Shown: piece by piece, positions 1 to 15,154 of the stretch | Layout: the number at the start of each line of letters is the position of its first letter | Numbering within the stretch: position 1 is the stretch's first letter | Assembly (NCBI RefSeq): GCF_009914755.1 | Contig: NC_060928.1 | Source: the human T2T-CHM13v2.0 reference genome, Homo sapiens | DNA: 64,000 bases | Reading direction: 5' to 3' (one strand) | Notes under the pieces: generated by a model | Database searches by the model: none | What the model saw: only the letters and a program-made list of their open reading frames with translations | What the model was told of the DNA's origin: nothing | Translations under genes and position numbers: made by a program

Positions 1-415
1 AGAGTTGGATGTCAGTGACAGGATTTTCCAAAATGGTGAACAACCCTTGAAAAGATTTACAAGAAAAAACTACAATTTTCCCTAGATTTGCCCCATAGTT
101 GCATTCCTAAAAAATTTCAAGCATATAAAAATCTTCTGAACATACTTTTGTTCATAGGTAGAATGGTATTGGATTCTAGGCTCAGAAAATTATAAACAGG
201 CTTTCCAAATCATAAATATGCAGTGAGACATCTAAAAGTGGTGCAAGACCCAGAGCAGTTTTGTGTTTAATGAGACTGTTTCTCATAGTACAGGGTATTT
301 AAGATGCATAGCTCCCAATCACTAAATGCCAGTAGTGCCACCCAATCATTGTGACGAAAAAACATCTCTCACAAATTCTAAATACTTTCTAGGAGAGTCC
401 CTTTTGAGAATTACT
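1..415 (+). mobile_element. MER20B-like hAT-Charlie DNA transposon (cut by window edge)
   Basis: Ends with the MER20-type terminus (GTGACGAAAAAACATCTCTCACAAATTCTAAATA...TTGAGAATTACT); shares TCCAAAATGGTGAACAA with the copy at ~39.7 kb. Confidence 0.65.
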
Positions 416-592
416 TCATTAAAGTTTGCAATAAGTTTCTACCTACTAAGAGATGGAAAGTAAAACCCCTCAGCCTGAGAAATTAGGAGTTCTGTTTGTA
501 ATGTAAATGGCGTATATCTTTTGCCAAATCTATGCCTGCAGCAGATTGTTTCCAATGAGATAAACTTGCACCAAATATATTATTGCTAGTTC

Positions 593-648
593 TGTGTGTG
601 TGTGTTTGTGTGTGTGTGTGTTTGTGGGAGAGAGAGAGAGAGAGAGAG
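593..648. repeat. Compound microsatellite (TG)n(GA)n
   Basis: Directly visible. Confidence 0.95.
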
Positions 649-1628
649 CTTATGTTGCTCAAATGAAGTCAGGAAGACAAAGCAAGAACTGGAAATTTGT
701 GCAGACTGCTTCCCATTTCAACAAGACTGTAAAGCAGCTAGATTGGGTTTGACCCACACTGATGTAATGTAGTAATGTGGTCTCACACAAGTTATTTTTC
801 AAGACTAAATAACCCACATTTGGAAATTGTACTGCCTGCTCCACCACAGAGCAATCATTTTGGGAAAGCCAAAGAATAAGACCACATATCAGAGGGTAGG
901 GTTTACTGCACCATGTTCCCATTGTTAATTTTCCTGGGAACAGGCCATCATGACAAAGGAAAAGACTGAAACAGTAGTTCTTAGAAGAGGTGAAAGGAAA
1001 AGGTTTTTCTTTTATGGCAGTCAGAAATTAGGGGACTTGGCTTTGGAAAGGGGCAGCAGGTTTCTGTTGAGAAGTAAACTGTTTCTGCAGAATTAGAGCA
1101 GGCTAATTAGATGTGGGACAGAAAACAAACATCTGCCACAATAATTAAGCCAGGATATCAGAAAAAGGAGCTCAGTAGGATATACTTAGGAAAGGGCTTC
1201 AGCCTACTTACTTTGAGACCTGCCAGTTGTCCAGTGTTAAGTTATCTGTGTTGTTATCAGAATCAAACATTAAAAACATACAGCCTATTCTTACCATTGT
1301 TTTGGAGAACTGAGAAAGGGTCAGCATGTTGGAGAATTGAGGAGACTCAACAGATCAGATGAGAAGGCTAATACTCTCATCATGGGCAGAGGGTTTAAAA
1401 GCTGGGATCAATAATTCAAACTTTCATATAGTACTTTCCACTTCACAACTGTTGGAGCAACAAAGTTTTGGGAGAACTGCTCCATGACGAAGCACCTTCA
1501 TTAACTCCTTTCACTTGGAATTCCTAAAGAGCATACCTGTTACCTTCTCAGCTACCCAGAAGCACAGAAAATCATTTAAATTCATCCTAATACCAATAGA
1601 AATAGAAATAGAGAATAGTTTTTCCTTT

Positions 1629-1968
1629 ACTGTGGTTTGAATGTTTGTTCTGTTCAAAATTCATGTTGAAATTTAATTGCCATTGTAACAGTATTAAGAG
1701 GTGGGACTTTTGAGATGTGATTAGGCCATGAGGGCTCTGCCTACACGAGCCAGCTTAATGCCATTATAATAAGGCAAATTTGAACCCCTTTTGCTTCTTT
1801 GTCCTTTTGTCTCCCTCCATCTGATGATGCAGCAAAGTCCTTGCCATATGCCAGATCCTTGATCTTAGACTTCCCAGCCTCCAGAGCTGTGAGAAAATAA
1901 ATTTATGTTCGTTATAACTTACCCAGTTTCAGGTACTCTTTTATAGCAGGACAAAATTAACTATGGCA
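1629..1968 (+). mobile_element. MaLR solo LTR (MSTC/MSTD-like)
   Basis: Starts TACTGTGGTTTGAATGTT...AAATTCATGTTGAAATTTAATTGCC; GATTAGGCCATGAGGGC; ends ATAAATTT...TTATAGCAG..ACAAAA. Confidence 0.85.
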
Positions 1969-2049
1969 TCCTTCCTCAACACAAAGTTAAGAATCAGAAG
2001 ATTCTTAACTTCCCTTTGTCTTGCATCTTTATATTTAGGTCTTGAATAA

Positions 2050-2372
<323 letters not shown>

Positions 2373-2734
2373 TAAAAAGCACTTTTTAAAGAACTTAATG
2401 GCTTCTAACTTTCTTCCTGAGCCCTAAATATCCTTGAAGAAAAATAATAAGCTAAATAATAGGATTAAAAACATTAATTGGAGTTTTAAATGAAGCTTAA
2501 AACAGGAAAAGTATATATCTTTGCTAAAGAAAAAATTTAGTTAATAGGTACAAAGAAGAGGTTTCAAATAGAAATTTAAAATGAAAATTAACAAAAATAT
2601 AATTTTTCACCTATTAGATAGATCATTTAAAAGGTTGATAATGCCAACATTGCTGGTAGGAGTAGATTAGCATTGTATATCAGATTTTAAATGAGTGGCA
2701 ATTTTAGCATTGAGAATGTAGCCTAAGGAAATAA

Positions 2735-3272
2735 TTGGAGAATCCCCAAGACCACCTTCAGGTTCAGTAATTCACTGAGAGGACTCACAGGGCTCAGCAT
2801 ATGTTCATACTCATAATTTATTATAGTGAAAAAATACTAAGCACAATCAGCAAAAGGAAAATGTGCATGGGGCAATGTCCAGGGAAAACCAGGCACAAGC
2901 TTTCAAAAGTCCTCGCCCAGAGGAGTCACACAGGATATGCTTAATTTCCCCGGCAACAAGTTACAATAACTTATGTGAAACACCAACCACAGAAGCTCTT
3001 GAGATACTCAATGCCCACGGTTTTTACTGGGGATGGATCACATAGGCAACCTTTGCTTGGCATGTACCAAAATTCCAGACACACAAGGAAAATAGGTGTT
3101 CAGTAAAAACCATATTGTTTATACAAAAAGGTTAGGCATAGTGAGCTACTATTATCAGTTAATAATAGGAACCCTTGCAAAATCTGTTACCAGACATCAA
3201 CCAAAAGTCAAATTTATAAGCAGGCCTTTCTAAGGACAGGAATTCAGTCCTGTTATATTAACTATTTTCAGG
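2735..3272 (-). mobile_element. MER68-like ERVL solo LTR
   Basis: CCCCAAGACCACCTTCAGGTTCAGTAATTCACT ... AGCAGGCCTTTCTAAGGA ... TGTTATATTAACT match the MER68/MER77 reverse strand. Confidence 0.75.
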
Positions 3273-3451
3273 AAGGCACATATCAAAAATAAATGTTGAA
3301 AAATGTTAATCAGAGCACTTTTAATACTAGTTTTTCTAAAAACTGGGGAAAAACTATATTTCCATTAATAGGTGCTTATTAAATAACACATTATGTCTCC
3401 ATAAAATAAAAAAACAATAGCTCTCTCAAATGAATACAAACATGTATTCAT

Positions 3452-3742
<291 letters not shown>

Positions 3743-4145
3743 TTATATATATTCATTAACATATAATATTCAACTTTCTACTTCTCATCTTCATTTATAT
3801 ATTGAATTAGCCATATATTTATTATATCTAAAACCCATAATTTTCCTCCTTAAGCCACCAGCTTCACCCATACTCTGCTCCATCTCAGTTTTAGCCAGTC
3901 CATTATTTTTGTTGCTCAGACTAAAAACAGTAGACAGGTTCCTAATTCCTCTATATTTTTCATATATCACATGCAATTTATCAGCAAATCCTAGTGGATA
4001 TACCTTCAAAATGTATCCAGAATCTGACCACTTCTCCTCATCTCCTTTCCTACCACTATGGTCCAAGACACTGTCATGTACTAGGATGTTATTGCAATGG
4101 TGTCCAAGGCTCCCTCTGGTTCTATCTTTAGTCCTTGTAGCATAA

Positions 4146-4494
<349 letters not shown>

Positions 4495-4524
4495 CTTTTT
4501 TTTTTTTTTCTTAAAAAAAACTTA

Positions 4525-4915
4525 GGCTGTACACATGGTCATCACCTCTTCCCCCATTAGGGACTGTATTTTCAGTCTCACTTGAAGCAAGTTGTGGCTA
4601 TATGATTAAGAAGGATGGGATGTGAGCAGAGGTGAAGTGTGCAACTTTTGGTTCATCTCTAATGTAAAAAACAAGCCATTTGTCCTAGAAATTCTCTCTT
4701 CCTCTTTTCTGCAAGATGTCATGATCCTGTGAACACAAGCAAGATAAAAACATGATTGAAAGGATAGGGAACAACAAAACATGTAATCTGGTCCCTGACT
4801 GACCACATGGAACAGAACCACACTACCAACATCCCAAGAAGTAAACCTTATTCAAGCCTCTGTAATTTGGCAGGTCTCTTTGTTTCAGCATAACTACTGC
4901 CATGACCCCAATACA
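4525..4915 (+). mobile_element. MLT1 (J/K-like) MaLR LTR
   Basis: GTGAGCAGAGGTGAAGTGTGCAACTT; GGTCCCTGACTGACCACATGG; ends TTGTTTCAGCATAAC...AATACA. Confidence 0.6.
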
Positions 4916-5525
4916 CTCCTCTGTATTTATTCTCAAAACAGTAGTTTATATGATTCTAGTTGAATCATGTTAGTTGAATCATGTTATTTCTCTATGCAAA
5001 ATTCTTGAATGACCATTCAGCTTATTCAGAATAAAAGCCAAGGTCTTAACTAGGTCCCAGGCAATCTTGTCCTCCCAGGTCTGTTTGGCCAGTTTCTGTT
5101 CATATTCTCCCATTCCGCTGTAGCCATAGGGGTCTGTTTGGCACTCTTTGAAGGTGCCAGGCACTCTCCCATCCCATCACAGCTCCTTTGCAGTTGCCGT
5201 TCTCTCTGCCGGAAACTCTCTTTGTCTAGAAATCCACAAAGATAACTCCCTTACCAACTCTGAGTTTTTCCTCAAACATTATTTTCTCAGTGGACCTTCC
5301 CTGACCAACCAACACTTGCACACTCCATGTCTTTCCTGTCTTCCTGTTCTCTGTAGCCCCTATTGCTTTCTAATATATACTATAACTTACTTATGATATA
5401 ATTTATTTATGTAATATTACTTTCCCTTCAAAAGTAAGCTGTATGAAGGCAAAATAATTGATTATGTTTACTGATAATGTTTCTGACACATGGAAAATGA
5501 ATAATAAATGTTTTCTGAATAAACA

Positions 5526-6342
5526 TGTCAATAGGAATGCTTTTGTCTACAAATAAAAAAAATTAACAGAAGCTTAAAGCATATAAATACACTTATTGTT
5601 TTTTGTTTTTGTTTTTGTTTGAGACAGAGCTTCACTCTTGTTGCCCAGACTGGAGTGCAATGGCTCGATCTTGGCTCACCACAACCTCTGACTCCCGGGT
5701 TCAAGCGGTTCTCCTGCCTCAGCCTCCCGAGTAGCTGAGATTACAGGCATGGGCCACCATGCTGGGCTAATTTTGTATTTTTAGTAGAAACGGGGTTTCT
5801 TCATGTTGGTCAGGCTGGTCTTGAACTCCCAACCTCAGGTGATCTGCCCACCTTGGCCTCCCAAAGTTCTGGGATTACAGGCATGAGCCACTGCGCCTGC
5901 CCCACTTATTGTTTATGTTACAAGAAAACCTGGTTAGTGTCACAGATTGTCTACATTAGGTCATCACTACAGTGCCAATAATATTTCTCTTTATTTTCAC
6001 AAGATGGCTGCTGTAGCTCCAAACAGTACGTCTTCATACAATACAACCTCAAGAAATTGAAGGAGGGAAAAAAAATGCTCTCACATGTCTTTTTTCAGGA
6101 TGGTAAATCTTTCCCAGATGTCTTCCAGTAGACTTCCTCTTAGGTCTCATTGACCAGAGTGGCATTACACTGTCATTTCTAGACAAATTACTGGCAAGAG
6201 AGAAAGGATAGCTATAATTTTTATATACACCAATCAAGATTTATCCCAGGGGCTGAACAAAATGCTATCTAAACAAAATTAGAATTCTGTTAACATAAAT
6301 GTAGGAGACATGGTTGTTGGGTTGGCAGCCAAGAGTCTGCCT
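5526..6342 (-). mobile_element. MLT1J/K-like MaLR LTR containing an Alu
   Basis: CACAAGATGGCTGCTGTAGCTCCA; GACTTCCTCTTAGGTCTCATTGACCAGA; AACAAAATTAGAATTCTGTT. Confidence 0.7.
5597..5900 (-). mobile_element. AluSp/Sq
   Basis: Alu dimer; TSD CACTTATTGTT. Confidence 0.95.
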
Positions 6343-6480
6343 GAATGACATACAAATGAATATTGTTTATTGCAAAATTATAATTATATAATAAGGTTAC
6401 CTTTTATAATAGGAATTATTTGAAGGTTATCTTTTAATGTTTAATGTAATTAAATAGGAAAAAGCACTCCAGAATGATAG

Positions 6481-6928
6481 TGTATCAGTTAAGATTGCTT
6501 TTAATTGCATGTAACAGAAACCAGATTAAAATTTAAATGCTTAATCAGAAAGGTTTTTTTCCTTATAACAAGAATTTCCACTGTAGGCAGTTCAGGACTG
6601 ATCAAAGGGCTTCATGATGCCATGAGGGACTCAGGCTTCATTATGCCAGACTGCATGCAATTTTTGTCTTTTGGGCCAAAAAAAAATGACTGCACTCCTA
6701 GCATATTTGCACACTATGTAGACAAGAGGTGGTTGCTAGGCAAGTCAGCCGCCTTCCCAATAGCGCGTACTCAGTGATTCCTGCTTGCATCTCCTTGGCC
6801 AGAACTGGTTCTCAGGGCCATTGCTTGTCTGGGGAGGTAAGTATTTTAGCTAGATCCAAACAAAAATTTGGATCTGTTATTAAGAAATAAGAAGAGAATG
6901 GATATTTGATAGGCAAGTAGTGTCTACA
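6481..6928 (-). mobile_element. MLT1J-like MaLR LTR
   Basis: TGTATCAGTTAAGATTGCTTTTAATTGCATGTAACAGAAA start; TTGGCCAGAACTGG; ATGGATATTTGATAGGCAA. Confidence 0.7.
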
Positions 6929-7199
6929 ATTTATGTTTACCAAATATATTAACTGTGACTACCATTGAGTGGTGAAATTATAAGTGATTCTTGTATCTTA
7001 TTATATTGCCTGAGTTGTTTTCAAAATGTATGTTCTTTTTTAAAAAAAATTTGGAAATAAGCATAATAAAGCTATTTCGATTTGGCAGGGGAAAGTAGAA
7101 AGTTTAGAGATTTTTTCCTATAGACTGCACCAAAATATTCCTGACCTTAAAATGTCTGCTCCAAATGATCATGTCAAAATATTCTTACCAAATATATAA

Positions 7200-7340
7200 C
7201 TTTGGACATATACTCTCAGAGCCTCAGTTAACTTGTCAATAAAATAAGGACATTATAACTACTCCCAAAGTTATTGTAAAGTTTAAATGAGATAATGTAT
7301 ATAAAATATTTAGCACAAATGCTCACTATATGGTAGCTTT
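7200..7340 (+). mobile_element. MIR SINE
   Basis: CTCTCAGAGCCTCAGTT..AATAAAATAAGG..TTAAATGAGATAATGTATATAAA core. Confidence 0.75.
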
Positions 7341-7356
7341 TATTAATAGTACTTAA

Positions 7357-7677
7357 GATCGAGTGTAGTGGCTTACAGTACTACCCGCACTTTAAGAAGC
7401 CGAGGTGGCAGGATCACTTGAGCTCAGGAGTTTGCGACCAGCCGAGGCAACATACTGGGACTTCATCTCCACTAAAAATAAAAAAAAAATTAGCCAGGTG
7501 TAGTGGCACATACCTGTAGTCCTAGCTACTCAGGAGGCTGAGGTGGGAGAATCACTTGAGCCCAGGAGGTCAAGATGGCAGTGACCTGTAATCGCACCAC
7601 TGCACTCCAGCCTGGACGACAGAGCAAGACCCTGTCTCACTAAATAAATAAATAAATACATAAATACATAAATAAAT
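7357..7677 (+). mobile_element. AluJ with (TAAA)n tail
   Basis: Alu dimer; TSD AATAGTACTTA. Confidence 0.92.
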
Positions 7678-7759
7678 AGTACTTAGATACATGGTAGTTG
7701 TAAAATAGTCTTTAAATTAACTATATGTTTTATTGACTTTACTTAGCTATATCTGTTAT

Positions 7760-8010
7760 ATTAGCTCATCTTTGAGTATTTACTATGTAACAGAAACTGC
7801 TAAATATCTTACTTATATTGTCATGTAAACCTCAAAATAATCTATGAAATAGATAAATTATTATCTGTATTATGCAAATGGAAAAAAAAAACTATGGCTT
7901 AGGGAGGTTAAGCAAATTGTTCAAGATTATATAAGGCAAAATGTGGCAAAGCTTAAATTTAGAGCTAGGCAGTTTGACACAAATTTTTCATTCTTAACCA
8001 ATCTCCTACA
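7760..8010 (-). mobile_element. MIR SINE
   Basis: AAACTATGGCTTAGGGAGGTTAAGCAAATTGTTCAAGAT reverse core. Confidence 0.75.
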
Positions 8011-8719
8011 ACATGAATCTGAAAGTCCTCTATTTTAACATCATGAAAAATCATTAGCCTGCTTATAAATCAATTCGTCTAAGAAATTACTTTGGCTATT
8101 TTAATTTGCAAGTCTAGCAGAAAGAACTGTAGAATCAGCCGAAACACATCCAGAAATTCAAACCTTGTCATTGCAGCTTTTATTAATGATGGCACCCCGG
8201 TTAATAGTTCTGCTTTAAACAATTTTTATAAATTCTCAAATAGTATGGATTCATACATTTTATAAAAATATATACAAATGCAAAATTTTCAAGTTAATTC
8301 ATTTACTAATTACAATTTGGCTAAATCAGTCTAGAAAACTAACAATGCTATGAAAAAAGTCAAGTAATCCATAACAAAAGAGCAATATAAATAGACACTC
8401 TTTCTCAGTTATTGTACTGGAATAACTAGTTGTATTAACTGCTTGCATGACTTCATTCTTAAGTATAAAATTAATAAAATGAGAGAAGAATAAAAAATAA
8501 TGAGGTTTTAGTTTAAAAAATACTAATTGAAATCATTAGACAAATGATTTATAAGTTATCTTAGCTGAATCTAAAAGAAATATATTTCTCAGCAAAATAC
8601 AATTCAGACAATTTTATAGCAAGTATCTCTCTAAGGTTACTGCAATTTACCAACACAAATAAATTGAGTTCTGTAAAAGTTAATGACTGTCTGATACTTC
8701 CTGCTGGCTAGAAGAAAAG

Positions 8720-9135
8720 GCAGAATACAGGAGCAAATATATTACAAAAAATGATTTTTAAAAAATGCTTATGAGGTACAGCGGTATGCAGAAGAGTGAA
8801 AGATTATGTGCAGGAGTCAATCAGAAAAGCTTTACATAGGATATAGCAGAATACATCTCTGAAAGATAAATAGAACTTTTTCAGATAATTTCCACAAAGA
8901 AAAGCAGTCCAGGCAGAGGGACCAATATAAGCAAAAGCATAGAGAATATAAAATAATGTGGTGATTTTGAGGAATTGCATGTTCTTCAACACTCCTAAAC
9001 ATAAATTTTGAGGAAAAAATGACATGAGCTGTTAGAGATGAAGCAGGTGATTCACAGAGGATCTTTTTGGCCATATTGTAGTTTGAGCCTTATCCAAGGT
9101 CATTGGGAGAGACACTGAAAAATATATATCAGTGA
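8720..9135 (-). mobile_element. L2 fragment
   Basis: GCAGAGGGACCAATATAAGCAAAAGCATAGAG; TTTGAGCCTTATCC. Confidence 0.6.
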
Positions 9136-9289
9136 AGTCATGTGGTCATATGGCATTTTAAGTAATCATTTTTATCATACTGATGGAAGACCCTTGCATC
9201 ATTATGATTTTTTTTTTTGCTTCTAGTAGTACATTTTGCATTAAAATATTTTTGATATAGTATAGCTTTACCAGTTTTGTTTTGGTTAG

Positions 9290-9665
<376 letters not shown>

Positions 9666-9899
9666 TCAATCTAAAAATTTTAGTCTGTAATTGGAATATT
9701 TATCCATTAATATTTAATGTAATTTTACCAGTATTATTATAATTTATTTTTTATTTGTCCCACCTGTTCTATATTTATTTTTTCTTTCCATTCTTTTACT
9801 CTTTGGAATTAATGAAGTGATTGTTGCTATTTATTTCCCCCTTCCCACTATTTGCTTGTTGGTTATATACTTTTTCTTATTTCATGGGTTATGTTAAAG

Positions 9900-10130
9900 C
9901 AGGGTTTATCAACCATGTTACAAGTGACATTTTGGACTGAATAATTCTTTCTTGGGTTTGGGGAGGGCCATTCTGTGTATATTGTAAGATTTTTAGCACC
10001 ATTCATGGATTCTACACATTAGATACCACTAGCACCACTCTCCCTCCCCTAATTATAATAATAAAAAATGTCATTAGACATGAATGAATGTCCCCTGGGG
10101 GACAAAATGTCCTCTCTTGAGACCCACTGC
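9900..10130 (+). mobile_element. MER20
   Basis: CAGGGTTTATCAACC ... AATGTCCCCTGGGGGACAAAAT..TTGAGACCCACTG. Confidence 0.85.
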
Positions 10131-10137
10131 TCTAGAT

Positions 10138-10262
10138 CTGGGATGTTCAATATGTTAGCCAGTAGTCACATGTGAGACCTTGACATGTGGTTAGTATAAA
10201 TTGAGATATGTTATAAAAGGTAAAAGGCTCTAGATTTTGAAAACTTAGTATGATTGAAAAAA
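10138..10262 (+). mobile_element. MER33 fragment
   Basis: TGTTCAATATGTTAGCCAGTAGTCACATGTG ... GATTTTGAAAACTTAGTATGA. Confidence 0.65.
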
Positions 10263-10337
10263 AACAGAACTTTAGAACACCTCACTTTAACTCTGTTAAC
10301 TATTCCTTTCCTCTTTTTGTGCTATTGTTGTCAAGGG

Positions 10338-10675
10338 ATTTTTGGTTTGGTTTGGTTTAGTTTTCAGAGACAAAGTCTTACCCTGTTACTCACGCTGGAG
10401 TGCAGTGGTGTGATCATAGCTCACTGCAACCTCAAACTCCTGAGCTCAAGCAATCCACTTAAGCCTCCTGAGTAGCTAAAACTACAGACACGCTGCCATG
10501 TCTGGCTAATTTTTTCTTTCTTTCTGTTTATTTTTTTTTTTTTTTTTTTTTTTTTGTGGAAATGGGTGTCTCGCTTTGCTGCCCAGGCTGGTCTCCAGCT
10601 CCTGGCCGCAAGAGATCCTCTCACCTAGGTTTCCCAGTTGGATTAGGATTACAGGCATGAACCACCATACCTGAC
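10338..10675 (-). mobile_element. AluJ
   Basis: Alu dimer with GATCATAGCTCACTGC and expanded T linker. Confidence 0.92.
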
Positions 10676-12488
10676 CTCAAGTATTCTAATTCTATAATTA
10701 TACATGCCATTTCACATTAATAATATTGTTCTATATCGCTAATATTCACCTACATTTGACCTTTTACGTTGCTGTCTTCACTGCTTCCTGAATTTTCATG
10801 CTTCCATTTGGAATCATTTTCTTTCTGATTGAAGAATTCCCTTTATTATTTTTTACTGCATACCTACTATTGATTAATTCTCTCAATTTTTGTTTTTCTT
10901 AAAGTCTTTCATTACAGCTAAGTGAATTTTTACATATGAACATATTCACATAACCACAACCCAGATCATGGAATAGTTTCAGCACTATCAAAGGCTCCCT
11001 CATGCCTCTTCTAATGAATACTTCCCCAAAAGGAATACTATCCTGACTTCTATAAACATTAATTCGCTTTGCCTTCTTTTGGCATTCATATAAACAGGCT
11101 TATACAGTAGGCTTTTGTGCCTAGTTTCTTTTGTACAACACTATGTCTATGAAATTTGTCCATTTTTGTAGCATGTAGCAGTAGTTTTCTGAATAATATT
11201 ACATTGTATCAATACACCACAGTTGGTTTTTCCAGTATCACATTGCTGTATCATTGTTCCCAGATGTATGTGATTATAAATAAAGCTGCTATGAACTTTC
11301 TTGTACATGTATTTGGTGAACACAAGCACTCAATATACTAGGAATAAAATTGCCGGGTCACATGGTAAACTCCTTAGTAGATACTGCCGAACAATTTCCA
11401 AAGTTGTTGTACCAATTTACATTCCCATCAGCAATGGATGAGAGTTCTAGTTTCTCCACATCGTCACTTAACAGTTTGGGATAGTAAGGTTTTTTATTCT
11501 TAGCTTTTCTGGTGTATAACTGTCTTTTGGAGGATATGTATTGTGAACATATTCTTCTGATTTTTGGCTTTTTTTTCTCCTTGATGTCTTAGGCTGAACA
11601 TAAGTACTTAATTTTTAAAAAGTCTAATTTTAAAATTCCTAAATGTAATTTTAAAAAACAGACTTTCTAATTTTTCAAAGTCTGTTTGTTCTGGTTATTA
11701 TGTTTTGTTTAAGAAATAATGGCTTATCCCAAGATCATTAAGACAGTTTCTTATAACTTAATCTAGAAATCTTATTTAACTTTCACATTTAGGTCTATGA
11801 TTCATCTTCTTTTAATTTTGAAGGACATTTTCGCTAGTTTGGAATTCTAAGGCATTTGCTTTCATTTGTTTACAGAAGCTATTCTAGTGTTTGTCATTTC
11901 CATTATTTCTGTTGAGAAGTCATATTGTTGCTTCCTTAAAAAGACTTTTTCTTTCTTTTGGGTGCTTCTAAGATTTTTCTCTGTGTTTGGTTTTCAGCAG
12001 TTTGACTGTAATGCTCCTAGATATGGTTTTCTTTGAATTTATCCTGAATGGAGTTCATAACCCTTCTAGATTCTGTGACCTGATATCTTCCATAACTTTT
12101 AGAATATTTGGGTCAACATCTCTCCAAATATTGCTTCTGCTTATTCTCTTTCCTTTTCTTCTGGGACTCAAATTACACGTACATCAGAATGTGTCACCAT
12201 GTCCCACAATTTTCTTATGCTGTTTTCCGCATGTCTAACCTCTTTTTCTCACCATAATTCAATCTGGATATTCTTTTCTGTCCTTTCTTCCAGTTTATTT
12301 ATTCTCTTTTAAACCATGTTTAATCTGCTATTAAGCCCGTTTACCAAATTCTTGTTTGAGTTACTATAATTTTTGCTTCTACAGTTTCCACAAAATTTTT
12401 AATAGACTCCAGTTTTCTATTGAAATTCCTTATCTTTTCATATTTTTTTCTTGAACATATTAATTGATAGTTATTTTAAAGATCATAG

Positions 12489-12795
12489 GGCCAGGTGCAT
12501 TTGCTCACATATGTAATCCCAAGACTTTGAGAGGCCAAGGTGAGAGGATCCCTTGAGGCCAGAAGTGTGAGACCAGCCTAGGTAACAGAGTGGGACCCTC
12601 TCTCTACAAAAAAAATTTAAAAATTAGCTGGGAGTGGTGATGAGTGTCTGTAATCTCAGCTACTCTGAAAGCTGAGACAGTAGGATTACCTGAGCCCAGG
12701 AGGTAGAGGCTGCAGTGAGTCATGATCACACCACTGCACTCCAGCCTGTGTGACAGATCAAGACCTTGTCTCAAAAATAAAAAATAAAAATAAAA
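12489..12795 (+). mobile_element. AluJ
   Basis: Alu dimer, (TAAAAA)n tail. Confidence 0.92.
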
Positions 12796-12813
12796 GAAGC
12801 CCATGTGCAATAA

Positions 12814-13333
<520 letters not shown>

Positions 13334-13561
13334 GGTTTTTGTTTTTTTCTTGTGATGTGGTCATTTATTCTGTGTCCTGGTATGCCTACAATTTTCTACT
13401 AAATATTGGGCATTGTGTATGAAAAGTTGTAGTAATAACTTGAAGCTTTCAATGATGTTTTCTTTCTCTGGAGATTACTTTTTATTTTTCTGGTAGGCAG
13501 TCAAATAGAGCTAGATCACCTGAATATATTCTGTGATGGTACTGATTCAAAGCTAAGTTTC

Positions 13562-13725
<164 letters not shown>

Positions 13726-13933
13726 TGAGTTTTAGTCTTTGCAATGGCTCTGTATTTTCAGTTTACACCACTCCTAGGATTATCCTTCCATAGGTTTCAC
13801 TAAAAAATCTGGAGTGTTTACAAGAGTCATTTGCCTTGGATGGATGCTGAACTCCAAATTTTGTCTCCCCAGTATCATAAGACTGATAAAAATTCTGCTT
13901 AATGAATCTCTTGGTCAATGCTTTCTGTTTGAT

Positions 13934-14239
<306 letters not shown>

Positions 14240-14529
14240 TTCTGTTTAATTTCTAATCCCCTCATTCTATACCACCCACAATCAGCAAATTCCTTGAGGG
14301 GATAAATAACAAAGACTGTTAGGATCATCTCAATTTCTGTGTCTTCTTTCCAAGATCTTGGTTGATGGGTTCCTAGTTCCCAGTTGCCTAGTTCTCTGAT
14401 ATTTTCAAACCAAATTTTTTTATTTCATTCAGTTTCTTTTAAAGCTGTTGTTGACATTGGGGGTAGGTCTGATAAAAGCTAGTCTATTTGCTTAAAAGAG
14501 AATTACCAAGACGATATCAAGATACCTAG

Positions 14530-15154
14530 TGTTAGAAATAAATGCTTGTTCCTTGGTGCCAAAAAGAAGAACTAGCGCTCAAAGAATTTTCTCAGCAAGG
14601 CAATTTTACTTTCTGCAGAAAGGGTGCTTTTTGGAAGCCTGATTGTCACGAGAGCACCTTGAACAAAGAAAAGCAGAGGTTTTTATTCCTGACGCATTGG
14701 GTCCTTACTGCTGTGTCCTATCTCCATTGGCTGGAGCTGGACTGCACAATCTAGACTGATCCCGATTAGCTAAAAACTTAAAACTTTCCTAAACAGGCAA
14801 ATGTGCGACAGAGAACAAGGAAAGGAAGGGGGTTGTTTATGGGAAACTAGGAGAACAATAACATTTCCAAATAAGGAAGGGGCGTAGGCTGTAAGCCAGG
14901 AAATGCCTGGGCATGTTCAGATACGTCTGAGCAGGTTATAGGCCAGAATAAATAACTTGGTTGAAGTACAAGGACATAGAATGTACTTATTCCCTTACTA
15001 TATGTAACAGCTACACAGGGCTTAGCAAAGAGTTATTAGCAAAAAGCAAGGAAGCTTGAAGGAAGTTAGTTTTTAAAAGAAACTATTATTTCTAACACTT
15101 ATTTATTCTTTAACGAAAAGGGAAACTTTGAAGAGGAACTTTTTACTTTTCACA
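14530..15154 (-). mobile_element. LTR10-family (HERV-I) solo LTR, LTR10B/D/E-type
   Basis: Reverse strand TGTGAAAAGTAAAAAAGTTCCTCTTCAAAG ... GCACCCTTTCTGCAGAAAGTAAAATTGCCTTGCTGAGAA ... TTTCTAACA; 3' half homologous to the LTR10 at 23294. Confidence 0.85.
14899..14938. promoter_or_regulatory. Candidate p53 response element (four abutting decamers)
   Basis: GGAAATGCCT GGGCATGTTC AGATACGTCT GAGCAGGTTA vs RRRCWWGYYY; only the second is perfect. Confidence 0.55.

Noticed and set aside
1295-1523. Possible minus-strand exon with donor ATG|GTAAGA
   Set aside because: Poor polypyrimidine tract and stops in all frames
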